Positions 47,892 to 57,109 of a stretch of 64,000 nucleotides of DNA are shown here, one piece after another. The notes beneath the pieces are model-generated. The model made no database searches. It saw nothing but the letters and a program-made list of their open reading frames with translations, and was not told the DNA's origin. A program made the translations under genes and the position numbers. Source of the DNA: Omnitrophica WOR_2 bacterium GWF2_43_52 (GTDB taxonomy: Bacteria; Omnitrophota; Gorgyraeia; Gygaellales; UBA12090); NCBI GenBank assembly GCA_001805445.1, contig MHGF01000034.1, forward strand, positions 166,451-230,450, in the 5' to 3' direction. Numbering within the stretch: the first letter of the stretch is position 1; each line of letters begins with the position of its first letter.

Positions 47892-49616
47892 ATGGGCGTA
47901 ATTTATAAAATAAAGCCAGAAATTAGAGAAAGAATTATTCAGGAAGCAAAGGCTATGCCTGAGCTTGGCTGTCGTAGGTTATCTATTTTCATTAAGGAGC
48001 AGTTTAAGATAGATATTTCCAAATCCAGCATAAATTCCATTCTTAAGGCAGAAGGTATTCGTTTTCCTGTTGGCAGGCGCCGCTATAGCGGTTCCGGGGT
48101 TAAGCAGTTACCTATTGCGCAAAGCGAAAACATTCTTCTTCTCGATGTCCCGCATGAACTTACGCAAATTCCCCTTCAGCTCTCATGTCATGATGCCGGC
48201 TTAAAGAAACAGCTTCCCGCGCAGGAGGAGCCTATTATAACAGAATCTTTTCTTGCCTCCGCAAGCAATAAGAGTAACCAGAATGTTCACTATATTGATA
48301 AGTTAGGGTATTGGTTTCTCAAAGCGGCAGATCTTTGTTTGGGAGGGATGGAGGTAATTGCTCATGGAGTAAGCCGCGGCATACGCAAAGATGCTGAATC
48401 GTCCGAATCAGCCATGATAAGTGAGGGCCTGTTTTATCTGTCCCTCCTTGGGGCTAGAGATATAAATGAGGAAGCGCTTCAGACGTTAAACATGCTTACC
48501 GAAAAACCATGCGATGCGGGGAAACTGAACATGTTTAAAGAAAGCCTTGATTGTGATACCCGATCGCTCCAAGAAATCGCTAGGCAATTACATTCTTGCT
48601 TAATAAGTGTGCGCGGCATAAAATTTATTCTCGAGGATGGCGCTTCTTTTTTCATTGACCCTCAGGGGCATAGTATGTGGCCTGCCTGCCGCAGCATACC
48701 GCGGGTATTTTCTTTTCCCTCTCACGCGGCAAAGGAATATGTAAAGAGGCGCCTCTTTTTAGAGGCGCAGCCTTTTGTCCTTCAGGCACCTCCGGGATTT
48801 GGAACTCTTCAGCCTGTGTTTTTAAGTTTTCTTGAAGGTTGTGAAGGTAAGCCAGGAAAAAGATTTGAGCGCGTCGAATATTATGGCTTGCGGAATGAGC
48901 TCATGGATACTGTTTCTTTTGAACTAAAAAACCCCTATTATTATATAACAGGGATATGGCCATGGCAATTTAATGAGATACGTGAAGAGGCAGGCCCTGG
49001 GATTTTTACGCCATTTGCTTGTACTATAAGCAAAGACAGCTTTGCCTTAGCTGAAACGACTCTTTTCTTAACGCCTAAAAGTGGTGACAAGCCTTTAGCC
49101 CTTAGAAGCATAATTTTAAAGAGAAATCAAGGCAAAGTTATATCGCTTATCACTAATATCAACAGGGACGTAATGAATGCAACGCAGATTGCAAGTGCAT
49201 ATTTATCGCAATGGCCAACTTTAGAGTTAGGGTATAGCGATTTTTTGAATAAGTCTAAGCAGCCACCATCTCTTTCAGAGAATCAAGCAATTTTGCAGGA
49301 AAATATGAAATATTCAAATGCTGATGCGGATATTAGTTTGAATAAATTATTTAATTTCTGGTTTCAGAAGTTAAATGATTTTTGTCTAAAGTATCTTTTT
49401 CCAGAGAATTACTCCAGTTTGGACATTAAAATTATAAAAGAGCGCTTCTATAACATGCCAGGAATTATAAAAGCAGAAAATAATGACTATTTGGTTGTAT
49501 TTAACGTCCAATCTGATTCAGAATATATGCCTGATTTTAATTATGCTTGTCAAAGGCTAAATGAAGCGGGTATTTACCTTAGCGATGGCAGAAGGTTAAG
49601 ATTTGGAATAGCGTAG
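47892..49616 (+). CDS. HTH protein with degenerate IS4-like transposase C-terminus
   Basis: N-term PELGCRRLS...ISKSSINSILKAEG transposase-type HTH; LITNI...ATQIASAYLSQWPTLE resembles IS4 YxxRWxIE. Confidence 0.6.
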   Translation: MGVIYKIKPEIRERIIQEAKAMPELGCRRLSIFIKEQFKIDISKSSINSILKAEGIRFPVGRRRYSGSGVKQLPIAQSENILLLDVPHELTQIPLQLSCHDAGLKKQLPAQEEPIITESFLASASNKSNQNVHYIDKLGYWFLKAADLCLGGMEVIAHGVSRGIRKDAESSESAMISEGLFYLSLLGARDINEEALQTLNMLTEKPCDAGKLNMFKESLDCDTRSLQEIARQLHSCLISVRGIKFILEDGASFFIDPQGHSMWPACRSIPRVFSFPSHAAKEYVKRRLFLEAQPFVLQAPPGFGTLQPVFLSFLEGCEGKPGKRFERVEYYGLRNELMDTVSFELKNPYYYITGIWPWQFNEIREEAGPGIFTPFACTISKDSFALAETTLFLTPKSGDKPLALRSIILKRNQGKVISLITNINRDVMNATQIASAYLSQWPTLELGYSDFLNKSKQPPSLSENQAILQENMKYSNADADISLNKLFNFWFQKLNDFCLKYLFPENYSSLDIKIIKERFYNMPGIIKAENNDYLVVFNVQSDSEYMPDFNYACQRLNEAGIYLSDGRRLRFGIA

Positions 49617-49620
49617 TTAT

Positions 49621-49806
49621 CCCGCCTCACCTGCCTCCCGGCAGGTAAACCGAGGCAAAATTCTTTAATTCAGAAAGGTAGGCTTTCCTATCCGCTTGAG
49701 AAAAGGCCTTGGATAATTTTATCTTCGTTCGACGGGATAATCCAGTCAAACAACGTATGTTCCCGCCACAAAGATTGGCGAACCCGTCAAAGAATTGCGG
49801 CGGGCG
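49621..49806. repeat. REP-like palindromic segment
   Basis: CCCGCC...AATTCTTT at left and AAAGAATT...GGCGGG at right; internal ACCTGCC..GGCAGGT hairpin. Confidence 0.45.
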
Positions 49807-49869
49807 CTATCGTTCTATAAATTATAGCCTCATAAAAGAAAGCGCTTTCAAAATTTCCGTTTTCACCTC

Positions 49870-49898
49870 TTGACACTGTTAGGTTGCTGTGGTATATT
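49870..49898 (+). promoter_or_regulatory. Sigma70 promoter of the pilin operon
   Basis: TTGACA-17 bp-TATATT with extended TG. Confidence 0.8.
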
Positions 49899-49926
49899 TT
49901 AGTTACACTTACTTCAAAATAAGATG

Positions 49927-50126
49927 CTCGGAGTAAAAATGAGGTAAGGGATTCGAAAAGGTCTCGCCAATCAAAGCAAAGGCGGGGCAAAGCCACGGGA
50001 CTTACGCGTTAGACCATTTGCGTAATAGAAGACAACGGATTCTTATTTTAGACTACAAAGGTCAGCGTCCTGCATATTTTGCAGATGCCAGTATCATAGG
50101 CAGAAAAGTCAACCGGGTTGCCGAAA
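49927..50126 (+). promoter_or_regulatory. c-di-GMP-I riboswitch variant with P2 and P3 insertions
   Basis: GAAA-loop P2, GCAAAGCCACGGGACTT (49987-50003) ... AAGTCAACCGGGTTGCCG (50106-50123). Confidence 0.65.
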
Positions 50127-50158
50127 TCCAATAAAAAAAGCAACCCGGTTTTTGTTTT
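50111..50158 (+). terminator. Riboswitch terminator (overlaps aptamer 3' strand)
   Basis: AACCGGGTTGC/GCAACCCGGTT 11-bp stem plus T-tract. Confidence 0.8.
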
Positions 50159-50170
50159 GAGGAGTAAATA

Positions 50171-50368
50171 ATGAGTTTTAAAAACGATTATAAAATACCG
50201 AGAGAATCTGGTCAAAGTGTAATGGAATACGTTCTTTTGGTGTCTATCTGCCTTATTACGATATTGGGTTTAAATTTTATTGTTGCTTCAAAAGATTCAG
50301 CGCGAAGCGGTTTTTCGAGCCATTTTAATACGGTAAAAGATTATTTGCTTTATACAACGTATGAGTAA
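50171..50368 (+). CDS. Flp-type pilin
   Basis: G|QSVMEY plus hydrophobic helix; SD GAGGAG. Confidence 0.85.
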   Translation: MSFKNDYKIPRESGQSVMEYVLLVSICLITILGLNFIVASKDSARSGFSSHFNTVKDYLLYTTYE

Positions 50369-50537
50369 CATTAAAATGAAAGGGTATATGCAGCGTAAGG
50401 CGCAAAGTATTATAGAATATGTTATGTTATTCATTATTGTAGTGTCAGCGATCGCCGCGGTGCATAAATATGTATATCGTTCTATGAACGCGCGGCTCAA
50501 GCAGGTCCAGGAAGAATTAACCTACAAAAGAAATTAA
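50361..50537 (+). CDS. Flp-type pilin (58 aa, missing from ORF track)
   Basis: MSNIKMKGYMQRKA|QSIIEYVMLFIIVVSAIAAV...KRN*; start may be a later Met. Confidence 0.82.
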   Translation: MSNIKMKGYMQRKAQSIIEYVMLFIIVVSAIAAVHKYVYRSMNARLKQVQEELTYKRN

Positions 50538-50562
50538 TAAAATAATGAAAGGGGGTGAAACA

Positions 50563-50754
50563 ATGAAAAGAAACTCGAAATCAGGCCAAAGCATTCTGGA
50601 GTATACCTTGGTTCTGGGGGCAGTGATCGCGGTGATTGTCGCGGTTTTGTTAGGTCCTAGCGGTATTAAAGATAAGATAAACGCTACCTACAGCGCAACA
50701 GGAACAGCACTTGAGACAACCTCTGCTGATTTAACAGGCGGGATATTTCAATAA
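50563..50754 (+). CDS. flp: Flp pilin (candidate major pilin)
   Basis: G|QSILEYTLVLGAVIAVIVAVL; SD GGGGGTG. Confidence 0.88.
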   Translation: MKRNSKSGQSILEYTLVLGAVIAVIVAVLLGPSGIKDKINATYSATGTALETTSADLTGGIFQ

Positions 50755-50774
50755 ACTATAAGGAGGTGAATGAT

Positions 50775-51128
50775 ATGTGGTTAAATAAGAAGGCTCAATC
50801 TACAGCGGAATACGCGATTACATTAGGGTTAGTCATTGCGGTCGCGGCGGGGATAATGTCGGTTGCGTTAAAAGGAGGTATGCGTCAGAAAAATGAACAG
50901 GCGGTTAATTATCTTTTAAACGCAGGTAGCGATGTGACTGATTTTAGCAGTGTTGACGACCAAAGCGTTGCCCTGTATAGCCAGGAATACCGCGATACGA
51001 CTATTTTAAGCGGCGACACCAATTTTATCGATAAAACCGTGTTGAATAAAGGCGGTGCTGAAAAGAGGCATCAATTACAAACAAGTAAGACCAATGCCAC
51101 AAGCATAGAAACCATAAATGAACAATAA
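50775..51128 (+). CDS. Flp/TadE-like pilin
   Basis: A|QSTAEYAITLGLVIAV; SD AAGGAGGTG. Confidence 0.85.
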   Translation: MWLNKKAQSTAEYAITLGLVIAVAAGIMSVALKGGMRQKNEQAVNYLLNAGSDVTDFSSVDDQSVALYSQEYRDTTILSGDTNFIDKTVLNKGGAEKRHQLQTSKTNATSIETINEQ

Positions 51129-51153
51129 AAGTAATAAGGAGGTGAATATTTCA

Positions 51154-51585
51154 ATGGCTACCTATAATAATAAAAAAGGACAGTCTATCTTGGAGTACGC
51201 GGTGCTTCTTGCAATAGTTATTTCAGTCTTATTGATAATGCAAAATATGGTAAAGAGAGGCTATCAGGGCGGTTTGAAAGATTCCGCGGAGAAAATGGGC
51301 GAACAGTATTCCCCAGGGGGAACTACCATAGCGCAAAACAGAACGATGGCAGAAGATCAAAAGATTACAGAAGAAGTTGCGACTGGCGCGTTAATTGCTC
51401 CGTTTACAAGTGCTTCTCTTACCTATACGTCGAATAAAGGTGTCTATTCTGCTACTCAAAGAACCGGGGGACAGCAGGCCATGGATACAAAGGTCCAGAC
51501 AGATTCTTTTGAGCAGGAAAAAGTGCGCTTAAGCCAATATTCAGATGTAAGCGAGGTCGTGGAGAATTTTGAAGCTCCATTTTAG
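51154..51585 (+). CDS. Flp/TadE-like pilin
   Basis: G|QSILEYAVLL...MQNMVKRGYQG...GEQYSPG; SD AAGGAGGTG. Confidence 0.85.
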   Translation: MATYNNKKGQSILEYAVLLAIVISVLLIMQNMVKRGYQGGLKDSAEKMGEQYSPGGTTIAQNRTMAEDQKITEEVATGALIAPFTSASLTYTSNKGVYSATQRTGGQQAMDTKVQTDSFEQEKVRLSQYSDVSEVVENFEAPF

Positions 51586-51613
51586 GCTAATGGCATTTTT
51601 TTAGGAGAAAGAA

Positions 51614-51946
51614 ATGAAATTAGGCTTAAAGCAAGGACAAAGCATGGTGGAGTATACGGTGCTCTTATGCATAATAGTAAGTTCGTTATTAATTATGCAG
51701 TTTTATGTCAAGAGGAGCTATTCAGGAAGGATAAAAGAAGAGGCCAATCAGATAGGCTTGCAGTATGCCCCCGGCCATACGAATTCGTGGATTCAGACTA
51801 AGACATTCATGAACGCGACGACGTATACCGGGGGCAGAACTGAGGAAGGTGAAAATGTTCCTGTTGGCATGACCTTGACCGACAGCCAAACCAACGTTAC
51901 GTTTATCAAAAAAGAAGCGGTGGATTCTTTCGCTGTAGCAGACTAA
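51614..51946 (+). CDS. Flp/TadE-like pilin
   Basis: G|QSMVEYTVLL...MQFYVKRSYSG...GLQYAPG. Confidence 0.85.
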   Translation: MKLGLKQGQSMVEYTVLLCIIVSSLLIMQFYVKRSYSGRIKEEANQIGLQYAPGHTNSWIQTKTFMNATTYTGGRTEEGENVPVGMTLTDSQTNVTFIKKEAVDSFAVAD

Positions 51947-51967
51947 CGTTACCCAGGAGGCGAGCTT

Positions 51968-52012
51968 AATAAGGACAGTGCTTCTCATTAAAAGAAAATC
52001 ACTGTCCTTATT
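51968..52012 (+). terminator. Hairpin after the first pilin block (terminator or stabiliser)
   Basis: AATAAGGACAGTG...CACTGTCCTTATT. Confidence 0.55.
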
Positions 52013-52185
52013 ATTTTCCCTTGCGTAAACGCTCGTAAATTTCTGCGAAATTTACTTCGCACGCTTCGGGATAAATTCGCGCATAAACTTATGTTCGCTC
52101 GCTTTGCTCGCTCCATAAGCCGACAAGGCAATGGTTTGGCTTCCTATAGCCAAAGCCATAAGTTTAGCGCTCATTTAGGAGAGAA

Positions 52186-52560
52186 ATGATGACGCAAAAA
52201 GGCCAAAGCCTGGTTATGTGGACAGTAACTTTTGGAATCGTGGTAACGGCTATGGTTTTTATCCGAATGCCGTTTAAAAGGGCGTTGCAGGGTAAGGTTA
52301 TGGCTAGCGCGGATTATTGTTTCTGGAGCGTATGGGATAAGCCGGTAGAGCAGTATAAAGGCGATCTTACCAGCTCCGTAAAGACAAAAACAGAGCAGGA
52401 GCAGGAGATGATAGTGCATGAGCAAAAGCGGGAGCAGCAGCAGGCAACGATAAAAAATTTTATCAATAGTTCCGTTCAGGAAGATAGCGCCTTTAGCGCT
52501 GTTGAAGAGGGCGCGGAGTCCTACTTAAAAACATTTGACCTTAATACAATAGTAGAGTAA
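52186..52560 (+). CDS. Pseudopilin lacking Glu+5
   Basis: G|QSLVMWTVTFGIVV...FKRALQGKV. Confidence 0.75.
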   Translation: MMTQKGQSLVMWTVTFGIVVTAMVFIRMPFKRALQGKVMASADYCFWSVWDKPVEQYKGDLTSSVKTKTEQEQEMIVHEQKREQQQATIKNFINSSVQEDSAFSAVEEGAESYLKTFDLNTIVE

Positions 52561-52561
52561 A

Positions 52562-53395
52562 ATGAAAAATAACTATAAGAATCATTTAGGGTTACAGATA
52601 AAGCCTTTTTCATCGAACAAGGGGCAGGCGGCCCTGGAAATGGCTATTTTGGGGAGTTTACTGCTTTTGGCTTTTGCCACGCTTTTAAGCTATGCCCAGC
52701 GCTTTGAGGAGCAGAATAAGCTTAAGATGGAGGCCTTTCGTAACGCTCTCTCCAGGGCGTACGTGCGAAACAGCGGGGTAACCAGCACCATAAAACGGGA
52801 TTCGCGTTCTTTAAATATATTTTCAAAGTTTGGCGAAGGCCAAGCCTCTAATGTTGCCGCTTCAGCCAATGTGATGTGGGTAAAAGGCGCGCCCGGGGAG
52901 CAGGGAACGAAGGGTGAAAACAGTTTTTCGTTTTATAAAATTAATGATAAGTTTCTGGGAACTGCGGACAAAGGTTTGGAACGCCGCACTAAGAATGTTA
53001 TAGATTTTACCGGCAATAAGAACGAAGTAGAGATTCCGGTAAGCATTTGGAAGGAAGATATTACCAGGAACACTACTTACTCCGGGGAAAACACAAAAGA
53101 AGAGTTTAATAATAATAATTCAGAAGAATCGTATATCTATAATTTCCAGATTGCTGAGTTAAAAGACGTAATCCATGATAAGCCTCATGCCCGTTTTGAT
53201 AGTAGTGAAACAGATGCCCGAGCAGATGCAGGGAGTATCCCTCCGAAGTATGACTATAACGTAGGAGAGATTGATGAATTTCGCCAAGCGGCATATTATG
53301 ACGAAGAAACAAATAGAGTCAAATACAGCGGGTCCGCGGCACAGGCAGGCACGCGAATGCGTACCCAGCGCGGTTGGCGTACTTATAATGAGTAA
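52562..53395 (+). CDS. TadE-like pseudopilin
   Basis: G|QAALEMAILGSLLLLAF. Confidence 0.8.
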   Translation: MKNNYKNHLGLQIKPFSSNKGQAALEMAILGSLLLLAFATLLSYAQRFEEQNKLKMEAFRNALSRAYVRNSGVTSTIKRDSRSLNIFSKFGEGQASNVAASANVMWVKGAPGEQGTKGENSFSFYKINDKFLGTADKGLERRTKNVIDFTGNKNEVEIPVSIWKEDITRNTTYSGENTKEEFNNNNSEESYIYNFQIAELKDVIHDKPHARFDSSETDARADAGSIPPKYDYNVGEIDEFRQAAYYDEETNRVKYSGSAAQAGTRMRTQRGWRTYNE

Positions 53396-53409
53396 GTCCT
53401 AAAAAGCCG

Positions 53410-54831
53410 ATGGAACGGAAAAAATCCCAATCAATATTAGATTTTATTTTGGTGTTCGCGGCTTTAGGAATGTTGATCATAGGGATTACCAGGATATGGG
53501 TATGGTTTCATGCTAATTACGCGAAGCGCCAGATAGGCTATCAGCAAGGCAGGCTTATAGCAGGGCAAGGCGGCCAGTATAGCGCAACAATTGCCAAGGC
53601 CTTAAGCATCGCGGCAAATAAAACATGCCCGGACTGTAAGTATGAGCCTTTAGATTTAACCGAGGAATGGGTTTTCCAGGGAAAGCCTTCAGGGACAGTT
53701 ACCATATCAGAAGTCTTGGAAGGGGGCAGCATTAGCCTTACTCCGGAGGAATGTCAGACGCAAGCCATAGCGGAGTCTCCCGATGAATGCGGCGACGAGA
53801 ATACCTTTAATGATCAATGTGACGCTTATCTGCAATGCCTTTGCGAAAGCCAGACCGGCCCGATGATTGTGATGTGGCGCGCGCAGGCAAAGTCGTTACA
53901 TAAACAAGCAGATGATTTATATGCACTAGCAGACAAGATGAGGGATAAAGCCAATAGTTGTAAATGGTATAAGCCATGGTGCTGGTTTGGCAGCTGGAAG
54001 CAGACTAAACGCCAATTATTGGATGCCGCGGATGAAGTGGAAGAAGCGGCTCGTCAAATGGAAGAAGAGGCAGATGATTTAGAGGAGAATGCGGATGCCT
54101 TGGAAGCATGCTGCGCCCAGGAGTGTAATAACGCTCCAGAATGTGATCTCATCGAGTTGCAGGAAGCATGCATGGCTGTGGTAGAAGGGGAAAGCTGCCC
54201 GGATTTGGCGCAAGGATTTAAGGACATCTGGCGCGAGAAGGTAACAATGTTACAAGCGGCCATAGATGAAATGCAGGAAGTGGTTGATGAAATCGGCGAT
54301 GGAGAAACCTCAGGGGTAATATATGATTGTAACACAGAGGCTTCGTATATGTGTTACTATAATGAAACTTGTTATGAGTATTATAGAAATCAGTGTTGCC
54401 AGAATACTGTCCATTATGCCGAAGGCGAATACAATAAAATTGGATACAGTGAATACGGGTTATGGGAAAGGAATTGCGATGCCGCTACGCCTTCCTGCGA
54501 GGATGAGGCAGAAGACGCCGATGAGGCCAATGAAAGATGCAGCCTGGCCTCAATCCGCGAAATATACATCGCGGAAATCGAGACAATGGAATTTAACATT
54601 GACATATATGAGCAGATGATAGCTGACATCGGCGACTGTTGTGATGAAGATGAAGTGTACGACCAGTCAGTGTGCATATCAGAGGTATTGGCACAATCGC
54701 AAGACTTAAAGCCGACCGCATCTGATCAAACTTTTGATGATTGTCTTAAGCTAGAAGATGAAGAAAAGCAGATAGAGTGTATTAACGATGCTATAGGATG
54801 TGATGTTGGAGGCGTAGATTTCTGCGACTAA
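53410..54831 (+). CDS. Large Cys-rich acidic pseudopilin
   Basis: S|QSILDFILVF prepilin helix; 30 Cys including three CC pairs; coiled coils. Confidence 0.75.
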   Translation: MERKKSQSILDFILVFAALGMLIIGITRIWVWFHANYAKRQIGYQQGRLIAGQGGQYSATIAKALSIAANKTCPDCKYEPLDLTEEWVFQGKPSGTVTISEVLEGGSISLTPEECQTQAIAESPDECGDENTFNDQCDAYLQCLCESQTGPMIVMWRAQAKSLHKQADDLYALADKMRDKANSCKWYKPWCWFGSWKQTKRQLLDAADEVEEAARQMEEEADDLEENADALEACCAQECNNAPECDLIELQEACMAVVEGESCPDLAQGFKDIWREKVTMLQAAIDEMQEVVDEIGDGETSGVIYDCNTEASYMCYYNETCYEYYRNQCCQNTVHYAEGEYNKIGYSEYGLWERNCDAATPSCEDEAEDADEANERCSLASIREIYIAEIETMEFNIDIYEQMIADIGDCCDEDEVYDQSVCISEVLAQSQDLKPTASDQTFDDCLKLEDEEKQIECINDAIGCDVGGVDFCD

Positions 54832-54894
54832 GGCTAATAAGCATTAAGCGTTTGTTTGTTGGTTTTTGTCCGAGATGACACAAGAAGGCAGATA

Positions 54895-56199
54895 ATGGAA
54901 ATAGGCATATTTCAAAAATTCTCACAGGAGAAAACCCAGTACGAAAAGGGGCAGATATTCCCTTTTATGATTGCCCTTATCGTGGTGGTTGTCATTATGG
55001 CGCTGGTTACGGTAAATATCGGCCAGGTAGACTCTTTTAAGACCGATACCTCCAATGCCGCGGATGCCGCGGCGCTTGCGGGGGCAAGTGTATTAAGCGG
55101 CGCGCTTTTAGGATTTGGCTTAAAAAGCGATATGATGGCTGGCTATGGCACAACCTTAATCCTTGGCATACAATTCGCGCTTGGTTTGAATAATATTATT
55201 GGCGCTATTTCAATGTATATTTCCGCCCTGATAAGCCAGTTAGCGGATTATTTTACAGCCCTGGGTGAAGGAAAGATGGCTTGGACTAACGCAAAACAAA
55301 GCGCTTTGACCTATGCCTTTAATAACGCCAACGTAGATGAACCGAAGCCGACTTTCAAGCAGTTTTTGTCAGATGCTTATGGCATAAACAATCCCAACTC
55401 GCTTACTCCCGCAGAGGTCCGGGATTATTACAATGGATATTTTAAAGGAGAAGGCAGTGATGAGGATGATACAAGAACCATATTGAAATATTCCCGCAGC
55501 GGGTTTGCCAAGTTTTTGGAAGACAATAAGAAAGGGTTTTGGAGCGTTGATGAATTTGGCGATGTCAGCCCAAAAGAGATGGCTCCGGCGATTATGAGAA
55601 GCGGATATGGGTGGAGTGACGATGACAATGGCATCATAACCAATAGCTATTGCGACGCAAACGGCCAGCCGTATAATGACGCCAAGAAATACGGAGATCT
55701 CTCAGGCGGAACCTGTAATTATGAAAATTGCGTTGAGGTTGAGGTTATAGGTTCAGTAATGTATCCTTTGGAGATGCTTCTTGTTTCTGATGTTGAGGCG
55801 CTAGAAATTGAGGTTTTAGCATACGGCATTCCACTCTGGTTCATTTCTTATGAAAACGCGGGTGACTATTGGTGGGGGGCATTGATTGCATTCGCGGTAG
55901 TGGGGATATATGAAGCTTTAATGGCTTTCTTCATCGTAGGATTAAAAATGGGGGGCGACGGCATAGAAGCGGAAACCACGGATAACCCTCTGCAGGTAAA
56001 GACCACCCGCTACAAACAAGAGCATAATACGGGCCTTTGGAATTTCCAATACGGTGATATTGAATCCCAGGCAATCAGCCACGCGTTTATGGAAAATGGA
56101 GATGAAACTATTGAGCCTGTTCTTTACCAGGGTTTTCTTGATTTTGGCTTTGATACGACACAGCATCTTTTTGAGACAGAATTGACGCATGCGTTTTAA
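54895..56199 (+). CDS. TadG-like pseudopilin with extra hydrophobic helices
   Basis: G|QIFPFMIAL...VNIGQV...SNAADAAALAGAS Tad N-terminal motif. Confidence 0.82.
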   Translation: MEIGIFQKFSQEKTQYEKGQIFPFMIALIVVVVIMALVTVNIGQVDSFKTDTSNAADAAALAGASVLSGALLGFGLKSDMMAGYGTTLILGIQFALGLNNIIGAISMYISALISQLADYFTALGEGKMAWTNAKQSALTYAFNNANVDEPKPTFKQFLSDAYGINNPNSLTPAEVRDYYNGYFKGEGSDEDDTRTILKYSRSGFAKFLEDNKKGFWSVDEFGDVSPKEMAPAIMRSGYGWSDDDNGIITNSYCDANGQPYNDAKKYGDLSGGTCNYENCVEVEVIGSVMYPLEMLLVSDVEALEIEVLAYGIPLWFISYENAGDYWWGALIAFAVVGIYEALMAFFIVGLKMGGDGIEAETTDNPLQVKTTRYKQEHNTGLWNFQYGDIESQAISHAFMENGDETIEPVLYQGFLDFGFDTTQHLFETELTHAF

Positions 56200-57109
56200 A
56201 CAATATCATAAAAATCGGGAAGCAGGGCAATGGCTTTTTCGTTCTTTCATGGTTGCGCTGCAAGTTATTATCGTAACGCTCGGGATCTGCGGCAATGGCT
56301 CTTGGAGCAGTTCGGAAGAAATTATAGATGTGGAGGTTCCCGCTCCTGTAGAAGGGAAGGTTGTCGGTACAGACACTATCGCGGTGTTAGGCAGAGAGGT
56401 GCGCTGTACCTATTATCTGAGCCCTCACGGCAAAAATAGTATCGCGGCGTATTATCAGCACAATTTCTCAAGTGAAGGTTTTCAGCAAACAGTTGACAAA
56501 GAAATTTCTTCTGTAAGGCAGTTGAGGTTTAAAAAGCTCTTTATGTTAGAAGGAAAAGAGCTTGTAGTGGAGTTTGTCCTATCGGATAAACCCAATGGCA
56601 CAGGGGTTGCTATTGGCAAATATACCCAGCCTGTCGGCGCTGGTGATATAGAAAAGACTCCCTTATCCTGGAGGGAAGAACGGTTTGCCCCTCCTAAAGA
56701 AGATGCTCCAGGCGAGGATTTGGCAATAATACCCCGGCCTCCTGAAAGCGTGCGCTGGATGAATATAGAGAAAGAAAAGAATGTTTTTCTTACTTATGCC
56801 ACGAGCCTTTCGGTTGAGGAAGTGCAGGATTTTTATCGTAACCAAATGGAGTTGCGTAATTGGCAGGTGAAAAGGGATTTTTCAGCCGTACGGGAGGCAG
56901 TCAGCGAGTATAAAAAGGTAACAAAAAAGAAAAATATCGCTGTCTATTCCCCTTTTGCTGACGGGGAAGACATGGAGGGGATCATTGCCGATGCGCGCGC
57001 TCTTGACTTTGAAGGCGAAGAGGGAAAAGCCAAAATTACTATTTTCCCAAATTTTATGGACAGGAGCATGGGTTCGGTGGTGCAGATATTCTATGAAAAG
57101 GCAGAATAA
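56189..57109 (+). CDS. Exported hypothetical protein (possible prepilin-like leader)
   Basis: AG|QW then hydrophobic helix; two repeats of an alpha/beta unit (AAYYQHNFSSEGF, QDFYRNQMELRNW). Confidence 0.6.
   Translation: MRFKQYHKNREAGQWLFRSFMVALQVIIVTLGICGNGSWSSSEEIIDVEVPAPVEGKVVGTDTIAVLGREVRCTYYLSPHGKNSIAAYYQHNFSSEGFQQTVDKEISSVRQLRFKKLFMLEGKELVVEFVLSDKPNGTGVAIGKYTQPVGAGDIEKTPLSWREERFAPPKEDAPGEDLAIIPRPPESVRWMNIEKEKNVFLTYATSLSVEEVQDFYRNQMELRNWQVKRDFSAVREAVSEYKKVTKKKNIAVYSPFADGEDMEGIIADARALDFEGEEGKAKITIFPNFMDRSMGSVVQIFYEKAE

Noticed and set aside
47892-49616. Active IS4-family insertion sequence
   Set aside because: No enclosing TIR/TSD pair and the catalytic signature is degenerate; treated as possibly domesticated
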